Shown: one piece after another, positions 24,640 to 34,295 of the stretch
Layout: the number at the start of each line of letters is the position of its first letter
Numbering within the stretch: position 1 is the stretch's first letter
NCBI GenBank assembly: GCA_013239625.1
Contig: MU054338.1
Span: 6,550,724 to 6,610,723, forward strand
Direction: 5' to 3'
Source of the DNA: Lama guanicoe
Lineage: Eukaryota
Length of the DNA: 60,000 bases
The notes under the pieces: model-generated
What the model was told of the DNA's origin: nothing
The model's input: only the letters and a program-made list of their open reading frames with translations
Databases searched by the model: none
Made by a program: the position numbers and the translations under genes

Positions 24640-25210
24640 GTCTCAATCACAGTGTCCCAGGGAGCATGGACAGTCCTGCTGACACAATCACTTTGTCCCC
24701 AGGAGTATACACATCACAGTGCCACCATCACTGCATCCCAGAAACACACACTGTCACAATCACTGTCCTAGGAACACACACAGCCACCCTGTTATCACTG
24801 TCCCAGAAGTACACACAGTCACTCTGTCACAATCACTGTCCTGGGAGCATAGTGATTGTGTTACAATCACTACATCCTACAGTCACTCTGTTACAATCAC
24901 AGCATCCTAGGGGCACACACAGTGACACAATCACAATGTCCTGGGAGCACATACAGCCACACTGTCACAATCACAGCACTCCAGTAGCACAGTCAGCCTG
25001 TCACAATCACAGCACTCCAGGGGCACACACAGTCACCCTGCAAAATCACTGTGTCCCAGGACCACACAAAGTCACTGTCACAATCACTGTCCCAGAAGCA
25101 TGCGGTCACATAATCATAGTCCTGGGAGCACACAGTCAACATGTCACAAACTACACTATCCTGGAAGCACACACAGTCCCACTGCCACAATCACAGGACC
25201 CCAGAAGCCA
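24640..25210 (+). repeat. Degenerate minisatellite, about 15 units of 30-40 bp (consensus near cacaatcactgtcccaggagcacacacagtcactgt)
   Basis: Recurring (c/t)acaatcac anchor read directly. Confidence 0.85.
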
Positions 25211-25873
25211 GGCAGAGCATGCAGCCGAGGCAGCCACAGCTGGTCATCCCCAACAGCTGGAGCAAACACAGGTCAGTGAGAGGATACACAGCACACACCC
25301 CAACACTAACACCATCAGCTGGGGAGGCCGGCACTCCCTCACCCTGTGCTGGGACTGTGTGACCCCTGGCACTGTTCCCTCTCTCTGGGAAGCTACTGAA
25401 CCCTAACACTCTTGCCCTGAAAGGAGGCTCCAACACAGCACACAGGCCCCCAAACACAGTGCTCCCCCAAGAGGCCCCTTTCAGATTACTGACCCCAGCA
25501 GCAGGGCAAGTCTACGAATTCTGTCTCCAATACAGTCCTCCCCACTCTAGAAGGAAACTAAGAGCCCCCCAGCCTGCAGAAAACATTGTGGTCCCAGCAG
25601 GCAGCTCCCCCCTCCACTACAGATTGACCCCTAGGACATCCCCACAGTGAATCTAACCCTTAGTACAGTGACCGCAGGAAAGCCCTGTCGGGTGGTATCC
25701 AGCTTAGCCACTGTCCTGCACTGTCACCAATGAAGGATATAGACCCTGAAAGCTGCAGCCCTCAAACAAGACCCTGTTAATGCCACACGCAGCATGGCAC
25801 CCCTCACTCAACCCCAGGATCAGCTTCAGTCAGAAGCCTCGGGTAGAGTGCACCACCAGGGGCCAGCTCCCCG

Positions 25874-25970
25874 NNNNNNNNNNNNNNNNNNNNNNNNNNN
25901 NNNNNNNNNNNNNNNNNNNNNNNNNNNNNNNNNNNNNNNNNNNNNNNNNNNNNNNNNNNNNNNNNNNNNN
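25874..25970. other. Assembly gap (97 N) in C-rich sequence next to the PDE4A4 first exon
   Basis: Run of n. Confidence 1.
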
Positions 25971-28210
25971 CGCCCCCCCGTCCCCCCCGTCAGTCACACT
26001 AACCCCACCCGCATCACAGCGCCCCCTGCGGTCAGCGGGCCGAGTTGCGTCCTCTCTGCGCGCCTATCCTCTCCGCGCGCGTCCGCCTCCCGGAGTCTTA
26101 CCGCCTGCAGCTGCCTCCGCCCGCGCTGCCGCTGCCGGTGCCGTGAAAGGACGAGGGCCAGGACATGCGCGACGTGCGCAGGCCGGGCCGGTCGCTGGTG
26201 TCCACAGCGTCGGCGCGTTCTATGGGCCGGTGTGGCGACCGCTCGGGCTCGGCGCGCTCCGCGCTGTCCGAGTAGCCGCGCTGCTGGATACGGATCGGGG
26301 TCCGCGGCTGCCGCCACAGGTGCTGGGGGGGCGGCTTCAGGGTGGCCTGGCCATCCCGGGGCCCGGGCAAAGATAGAGACAGGCTTCTCTCCGAGGGGGC
26401 GGCCTGGGGCTCCATGGCCCTGGCCCCTACCTGCACCCCAGGGGGCCCCGGCCTCTCCAAGCTGCACCTGGTTCAGCTGCGCGAGAGCATACGCTCCCGG
26501 GGCCCCGTGGGTGCGCCTGGCCTCGGTGGGGCCATGGCGCCCCGGGGACAGACCCGGGGGCGCTACGGGCTGATCGCCCCCGGGCCGGTGCGAAGGCCTC
26601 CTGCAGGCGCCTGGCGCTCCGCTTGGTGCCCGGCAGCGCTCTCCGCACTCGGCGTCCCGCTCGGCGCCAGCCCCGGCTCCCCCGCCCCGTCCCGCCCCTC
26701 CCCGCCCCCTGCCCGCCGCGGCTGTCAGCGCCGCCCCCCTCCTCCTCGGTCCCGGCCAGTGGGGGGCAGCCACCCAAGGAGGGGGCCCTCCCCGCCCACG
26801 CAGAGCACCGCTCCCGGCGGGGAGGGGGCGCCGGAACTCGGCTCTCTCCAGAGCGCCTTGCCTAGCCGCAGCGCGCACGGGCACAAAGGAGTTAAACGGT
26901 TAATCCGATCGTGAAGGAGACACCCGACTGGTTGCCGGTGTGTCAGTCAGTCCGTCCATCATGGTGGGGGCGGAGCCCAGTGCTGGCTTGTCCTCGCTGC
27001 TACCCCTGCCAGAGGGAGCTTGTGGGAAGTGGTCTCGGTGACACGGGACCCGCTGCGGCGGGCAGCGACGGTGTTCGGGGACTCTCCTGTTGGCGGGTTG
27101 GAGGATGGTGATGGTGTGTGCCCAGGGCAGGATGTGCGCGCACGTGGCCTCTTCCGAGGGCTGTCTGTGTTTTCGGTGTCTGCTCGAAGTGTGTGTGCGC
27201 ACGTGGTTAGCTGCTGAGGTCTGCCTGTTTCTCTGGATTTCGCTGTGTGTGTATCTGTGGGTGACGAATACACGTGTGCTGTCTGTTTGGAAGGTGTGCG
27301 CTTCTACAGGGTCTGTCCTGGTGGCCTGGGGGCTGTGCATGTGTTCCCACGCGATTGGGTGTGTACAGTGGTCTGTCCGCGCTTGCGGAGTTGTGCACTC
27401 GATTCAGCCGCTGTTGTGTGCTGTGGTGGCTGAGAGAAATCAATATGTGTTAATGTGTGTGTGTGTATGTGTGTGTATGGGAGGGTCGGCCTGGAGCCGC
27501 TTTGGGGTATTTCTGGGGTGTGTCCCTTTGGTTCCTGTGTGGCTCCAGGAGGACACCCGGTGGCTGATACCCCGACTGCCCGCCCACCGCTCTGTGTATC
27601 GCTGCCTCTTCGAAAGCGCTTCTGCAGGAAGTAAACTGAGGCAGGTCCTGAGCAACCGCGGGATGCACCCATGCCCTTTTCAGGCGAGTAAACAGCCGCG
27701 CCTCCTCTCCGCTGCCCCCGCCGACAAAGCCCCCCTTCCGGCACCTAAATCGGGAGTCGCCGTGACTCACGCTCCCGCCTCCCCCAGCGCCGCGCCGAGC
27801 GAGCGAACAGAGAGCTAGCGGGATCCGAGCGCCTCCCCTTTCTCCCCGCCCCGGCCCGGACTGAGCCCTGGTGGCGGTGGCGGCGGCGGCGGCGGCCGGG
27901 CAGGGGGAGCGCACGCACCCCTGCGCCGCATGCCCGGGTCCCATGAGCTCTGGGATTAATCAGCTCGCGTGCGCGTTGGCGGCGTCGGCGGAACTAGGCC
28001 CCGCCCCAGTGCGCCCCCCTCAAGGACTCCCGCGGGCAGGTCGTGCTGTCTGCCACCGCCCTCCCTCCGCACTATTCTTATTTAAAAAAAAAAAAAAAAA
28101 AGCCCGTCTCCAACCGCCTCAGCCGCTTTTCTCCCCGCCAGAGGGGGCTCCCTGCGTGGGCGAACGCGGAGAAAGAACCGCCCTGCCATTGGCAGCCGCT
28201 GGATGTCCCA
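25971..28210 (-). promoter_or_regulatory. CpG islands of the PDE4A4/5 first exon and its upstream promoter
   Basis: Very high CpG density at 25971-27100 and 27500-28200; GC boxes; (GGC)n tract near 27873-27895. Confidence 0.7.
26102..26415 (-). CDS. PDE4A: PDE4A4/PDE4A5-type alternative first coding exon MEPQAAPSERSLSLSLPGPRDGQATLKPPPQHLWRQPRTPIRIQQRGYSDS...GGGSCR(R)
   Basis: Kozak gccATGG; 104 codons + 2 nt ending CG|gtaaga (phase 2); within ORF 26098..26460. Confidence 0.96.
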
Positions 28211-29256
28211 GAGGCCAGAACTGTGTTCCTCACTTCTCTCAGGGACCCTCCCCACAAGTGTGCACTCAAAAAGACTACTAAGGAGATTGGCAAGTCCTCC
28301 CCAGATCACTTGAGGGTCTTGGGCTGGACCAAATTCTTGGGGGATGGACATGGGTAACACTGGATGCGCGGGCTGGGGGTGGGGGTCAGGTCACAGCGGA
28401 GCTTGCAGAAAAAGGAAGGCTCAAGGCAGTGGGCCAGAGCTGGAGCTGTGGCCTGAACCAGGCAGAAGATAGGGGAATTTCTTTTTTTTTGGTGGTGGTG
28501 GGGTTACATTAGATTCCTGGAAAGGGAATGACAGTCACTTCCTCCCCCATCTGGAAATGAACCATTGTACCATGACCCAGGCAGACTCGGAAGTCCTCCA
28601 ATTGGGTATATAAAGGGCTGGATCGGGAGACTGAAGCTGCAGAGAACAGTAGCCCTAGAAGGGAGGGCAGTGAGGTCAGGGGCCCCGCCAGCAGCCAGGA
28701 CCAGCTCAGCTGTCCGGCCTTCAAATTCATCCTTGGGCCAAGGCGGGGGTTGAAGTGCCCTCTGAGGACCCCAAATGAGAAAGAGCAAGGAAGTTCAGTG
28801 TGAAGCTGGACTCAGGAGGAAAAAGCCAGTCCAGACCTCCTCCAGGGTCCCACCATCCTCTTTTAAGGCCTACAAGAAATTGTATCTTCCCAAAAAGGGA
28901 AATAGAGGTGCACAGCGGCCTGCTTAGGGGGGCTCACTCCCTAGCCTGTCCTGGTTCTCTGATTATGGGAGCATCGTTGGGCGCTAGAGGGTTGAAACCC
29001 TTTCTGAAATCCTGCCCCTTGCTGACTCAGCCAGCTCCAAAATGGAAGAAGGGGTTCCTAGAGGCTGCAAGAGGGGCCTCTTGGGGGATGGATGTCATAA
29101 CCTGACCTGCCAGGCTCCCGGAGAAATTTCAGCTGGTTTTGCAAAATGCAGGGAAGCCAGGAGCCTGGAGCATGGGATAGGGCTGGTGGCTGGACTTAGC
29201 CCAAGCTGGCCCTGTTCCTCCACCCCACCTCCCAGCCTGATCCACCCCCTGCCTAC

Positions 29257-29456
29257 CTGTCAGCTTTGGTGATGGAAATCCGTGGAGGGATCAGCAGTGG
29301 CAGCGTGGTGGGCCGTGGTGGCAGAGGGACCCTAGGGTCCAAGGGCTCAGGTTCAGCCCAGCCCAGGCCTGGGCCCGTGGAGAGGCGGCGTCGAGGGCGT
29401 CGGAGGTCAGCCCCCAGCATGTTGGTGCGGCCAGGCTCAAGGGTCTCTCACGGCCT
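29257..29456 (-). CDS. PDE4A: PDE4A8-type second unique exon. Reads RP*ETLEPGRTNMLGADLRRPRRRLSTGPGLGWAEPEPLDPRVPLPPRPTTLPLLIPPRISITKAD(S): in-frame TGA at codon 3, open from ATG 29420
   Basis: Manual translation; acceptor cccacttcag|, donor AG|gtaggc (phase 2); RPTTLPLLIPPRISIT motif of the PDE4A8/4B1/4D7 N-termini. Confidence 0.85.
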
Positions 29457-30118
29457 CTGAAGTGGGACAAGGAGGGGATAGGTGTGCAGCCTGGTCAGGC
29501 AGCTCTGAGCCTCTCCCTGCAGTAATGTCCCTCCCTAGCCATCTGAGGGGGTGGCTGATGGGGATATAGGCTTCTGTGTCCCCTTCATGTCTTAGCTACT
29601 CAATAAACCCCTCCCACAGAGAGTACCTTCCCAGCTCTGACATCTGAAGGGTGCCCATTCTCAGCCATAATTTTGTGGGGCTCCATTTTGATGTCCCAGC
29701 CCTAGGGCTCTGGGCCTTCATGCCTTTACACTGTCCCTCACTGTGAAACCCTTCTAACATATCACCACCCTCCACATATACAAGGCCCATTCTTGGCCTA
29801 AATGTCTGTGTCCCCCTCCCATCCCTCACTTCTGAGACCCTCAAGAGCTCACCCCCAGCACGTGCCCCTTCACCCTACAATCCTCTCCCTATTTGGAAGG
29901 CCCCTTGGAAGACCCTGACTTCTGCCCCTGGGCTGAGAGCCTCAATCTGGGCAGCAGGAGAATAATGAAGTCAAGGGAGTAAACTGAGGCACGAGGGGAC
30001 AAGACTCCTTGCTGTCACGAGGAAGTGAAGCCAGGCTTAGTGAACAGCTGTGGCCACTAGGCGTCTGATTACCCAGCAGTCCAAGCCCTGCCCCCAGCCC
30101 AGGCCCCGCCCCTCTCAC

Positions 30119-30155
30119 CTCTTCCCCGGCCCTGGCCACTGTGACTCCTCTTCAT
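30119..30155 (-). pseudogene. PDE4A: PDE4A8-type first coding exon remnant (ATG AAG AGG AGT CAC AGT..., MKRSHS...), 37 nt, out of frame with exon 2
   Basis: MKRS start and GAG|gtgaga donor; length is not a multiple of 3; the 3' part reads ARAGEE in the shifted frame, similar to recalled human AGTGDE. Confidence 0.72.
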
Positions 30156-30289
30156 CCCACCAACTAGCGCGCCTTGAGGGCTTCAGGTGCCATGTCGGCC
30201 AGGCCAGCGCCTCCTGCAGGACCAAGCCAAAGGCATCTGCTGTTAGCGCTCTGGGGCTCCCCCTGCCGGCTGAGCATGGAATCCGCCCT

Positions 30290-30720
30290 CGCCCCTCGCC
30301 AATTGCCTCTCCCGGGGCGTGACGTCAGCAGGTGGCTGACGAACTGCCTGTCGGTGACGTCGCCCTCCAGTTGCCAGAGCGACGGCTGACGCACGGCTGG
30401 GTTCTAGACAGCGTCAATGCGCGGATTGGCCACTGGGGGGCCGGGAGCCACGGGCCCGGGTCGCCCCAGCCCCCACCTCTCCGCCCGCGGGGGCTTCCCC
30501 AGCCTGGGGATCCCTTAGAGAAGACCGGGAGCTCCCAGAGCCGGCCACGTGTGGCGCGTGGTCCGAGTCGGGGGCCGGAGGAAGCGTCTCCTCCGAGCTG
30601 TTGGGCTTTTATGCCTAAACCCGAAATAGCTCCGATGTGCGGGGGCCGGGCGCAGCGAGACAGCGGCTTGGGCACAGATGGGGGACGCGCAGGCAGAGGC
30701 GCGCGGAGACAGACAGGGAC
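30290..30720 (-). promoter_or_regulatory. PDE4A8 CpG-island promoter with a CRE cluster and CCAAT boxes
   Basis: TGACGTCA 30320-30327; further TGACG cores at 30337, 30355, 30387, 30412(rc); CCAAT 30299, ATTGG 30425. Confidence 0.7.
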
Positions 30721-33700
30721 GCGTGGAAATAGAAACAGACAGACAGGGACACAGACGCAACTCCCGATGATGAGTGCGCTCTGCTGCCGGCGATCCCTGT
30801 CTAAAAGCTTGGGGGAGGGGAAAACTGGCTCACTGTGCCTTCACACCCAGGCGCTTCAGATTATTGCTGTGTGACCATAGGTCGGTGACTTAAACTCTCT
30901 GAGCCTCAGTTTCACCTCTGTGAAATGGAGTGATAATCTTTACAGGGTCTATATGAGAATTATACGAGATCAGACTATTGAATTCTCGTAGAACAGCGTC
31001 TGGCACTGAGTAAGTGCTTAATAAATGCTATTAACATCTGAGCCTGTGGGAGCCTGTTAGAACCCAAGTCAGATCATATCCCTTCTCTGTTCAGAGCCCT
31101 CCATGGCTTTCACCTCACTCAGAGGAAAAGTCAAAGTTCTGAACAAGAGGCCCACGTGGTCCTACATGATATGCCCAGTCACCTCCCTGTTCTCATCTTC
31201 TCCCTCTCTTCCCTCAGTTCAGTCTGCTCCCTCTACACTGGCCTTTTGGCTGTTTCTGGACACACCAGGCACACTCCAGCCTCAGAACCTCTGCATTTGC
31301 TTTTCCCTCTGCCTGGAACTCCCTTACCTTAAATATCCACAGGTCCCTCCTACAGGTCTTTGCTCACATCTCACCTTTTCAGGCATTTCTCCTGGCATTT
31401 TTCTCCACCCTACCCCCTGTTTAAAGTTGCTAACCCCTCAGAATTCCTGAAACCCCTTGTCCTGCTCTATTTTTCCAATAGCATTTATCACCTAGTAACA
31501 CATTATGTAATTTACTTATTACATATATTTTGTGTCTTGTCTCATACTAGAATATCAGCTGCAGGACAAAATTAGTGTATCTATTTTATTAATTACTATA
31601 TCCTCAGTGCCTAGAACTGAATCTGGAATATAGTAGGCTCTTAATAAGTATTTGTTCAATGTCTGGTTATTATTTTGAGGACTCAAGAGCATACTTGTAA
31701 AGTTCCTAGCAGGTCTCCTATGGAATACCTACTTTACCCCCTAATTTGGCTCTTATTTCTTTTTCTTGCCTTATAGCACTAGCTAGCACTTCAGTTGTGT
31801 CAACTAGTAGAAGTGAATGTAAACACCATCTCACTCCCTAATGCTTAGCACCAGGCAAGCCCATGACAGACAGTAGTTGAACAAATGGATGAATGTATAA
31901 AGATAGCTTAAAGGTCAGCTCTACTGCTCAGCCAGAGGGAGACAGTCCATGTTCTGGGCTCCCATTGCTGCTTATTCTGTCCCCATTAAAGCACTCATCA
32001 TTAGGGGTTGTAATTTTTGTATTCCCCACTAGAGCTCTGTGAGGGCAAGAAACTGTACCCATTCATCATTGTCCCCACACATAGTTTCAGTGAATGCTGA
32101 ATGAATAAATGAAGGAATGACTTAGAGACATAGAGAAAGAGGCACCCTCTCCTCTGTGTGCAGACAGACACAGGTGCTCAGATATGGCCATGCAGAGAAA
32201 GGGCCATGTAGTAAGGGCCCATGCTTATGCTCTAGTGTTACATTAACAGACCTGCATTCAAATCTTGGCTCTTTCACTTACTAGCTGTGTACTTTTGGGC
32301 AAATTGCCCAGTCTTTTTGAGCTTCAATTTTCTTATTTGTAAAATGGGGATAATACTCATACCTACCTGAGGAGGTTGTTGTGAGGATGAAGTGAAGCAA
32401 TACATATAAGGTTCTGAGCACAGTGCCTGGTTCCTAGTAGGTGCGTACAAAACAGTAGCCACTATCCTAATAATACTAACAATTATCACTGTTGTCTACT
32501 TACCTGGAGCTATAGACAGACATGGGAGACAGCACACATACACAGAGACCTCAGTTCCTCCCATCCTCCCTCTCATCCCACCAGCCTCCTCACTGTTCTC
32601 AAGTACTTTGAGGATATTTAGACCTCAGGGCCTTTGCACTTGCTTTTCCTTCTACCTAGGAAGCCAGCCTCAGAGATCCTGTGTTCTTCCCACACCCTGA
32701 TCTCCCTGACTCTGCTTTCATTTTGGTTTATAACATTCTAACAAGATATATAATTTACCTACTATTTGATGAGCTATTGCTTGTCCTTTGATTAGGACAT
32801 GAGGTCAGGAAGTTGGTCTGTGTTGCTGCTGGATCTCCAGGACCTAGGACAATGCTGGTATACAGTAGGTGCTCAACAAATATCTCTTGAGTGAATGAAC
32901 AAATCTGCTTAACTCTCTCACCTCCTTTAAGTCTCTGCTCAGTCATCTCCCTCCAGAGGCCTCCCCTGACAGATGCGTCCCCCCACCCCATCACTCTCTG
33001 CCTCTTACTCAGTTTTTTTCTTCTTCCTAGCACTCATCGCCCCTGATGTATCATGTTTTTGTTTCTGCTTGTCCCAACCCCTTAGTTCCATGAAAGCAGG
33101 GGATTTTTCTGTCTTGTTCCAGCTGTATGGTGGGCCAACTTCTTGGCATATGACCTATTGCACAGGGCCCCATGCTTAGAAGGTTTAATGTGCTGCTGTC
33201 ATTTTGAAATTCTTCATAATTTTGAACAAGGGTCCTGCACTTTCACCTGACCCTATGCTGTGCAAAATTCTGTAGTCCATGCTGGCTCCAGTTCCCCAGT
33301 GCCTGGAACAGCCCTTGGTAAGTGCTCAAGGATTTGTAGAGTGAGGGAAGGATTGGAGGAGGCCAGGGGAGAGAGGAGACACATGTGCCACCAATGTCTG
33401 GACACGTGTGCACATTTGCAGAAATCAGCCCTGGCAGAAATCTGGGCACAGGACGCTGGGCCTCAGGACCCGGCCTGAATACCCAGGTGGAGGGGTGCCA
33501 CTAAGCCTGCTTTCCCCTCCCCTGGGCAGCAGCCAGCTGGGGAGGGGGAGGTCCAGATGGCAGAGCAGGTTGCTCTGGGCAGCTGGCATCAGGCTCAGGC
33601 TGAGGAGAGTTCTGTTCCCCCACCCAGCTTGTCAGCATTCCTAGCCTGGCCTGACAGAGCAGCAGGGCTTCATCCAGCTCCTGCCTCCTTCAACAGTATG

Positions 33701-34057
33701 TGGGGATGGGTGGCCAACAAGAGGGATGGAAGTGAGGATAAATGCCCTTTTCCACACCTTGCCCCAGAGCATTCAGGCCTGAGGAAGGAGAGTTATTCCC
33801 CAAGCTCCATGCCTGGGAGCTGGGAAGAACTGTCAGGGGCCTCTGGCATGCATGTGTGTGTTGTGTGCACGTGTGTAAACATGAGACTTTGTACATAGCT
33901 GTCCATGTGCACTGGACGGGTAGAACTCTCTGGGAGTCTGAGTGTTGTGTAGTTGAGACCAGACCATACCTGCAGGAGTGTGTGTATGTGACAAAGTGAC
34001 GCTTACATCAGTCTATGTAAGCATGAGGCTGGATGTGTCTCTGTGTGACTGTGATGT

Positions 34058-34088
<31 letters not shown>

Positions 34089-34263
34089 GAGGGGAGGGTA
34101 CATGCTTGTGGATGCAGCAGGAAGCAGCATTTGACAGTGGGTAGAAATGCAGATTCTGGGTTCACATCTCTGCACAGCCACTTAATAGCTTTGGGGCCTC
34201 AGGCACATTATTAAAGTTCTCCATCCTGTATATGGTGTTTGTGTGATGTTTGTCTGGATCAAA

Positions 34264-34289
<26 letters not shown>
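34058..34289 (+). repeat. Two (TG)n microsatellites (about 34058-34086 and 34264-34289); (CA)n tracts also at about 4338-4360 and 5042-5060
   Basis: Read directly. Confidence 0.9.

Positions 34290-34295
<6 letters not shown>

Noticed and set aside
24640..25210. Repeat-with-variable-spacer pattern resembling a CRISPR array
   Set aside because: Mammalian intron; the units are degenerate along their whole length, the spacers are related to each other, and there are no cas genes
25851..25873. CTCF-like CACCACCAGGGGCCAG next to the gap
   Set aside because: Imperfect core and adjacent to Ns, so the sequence is unreliable
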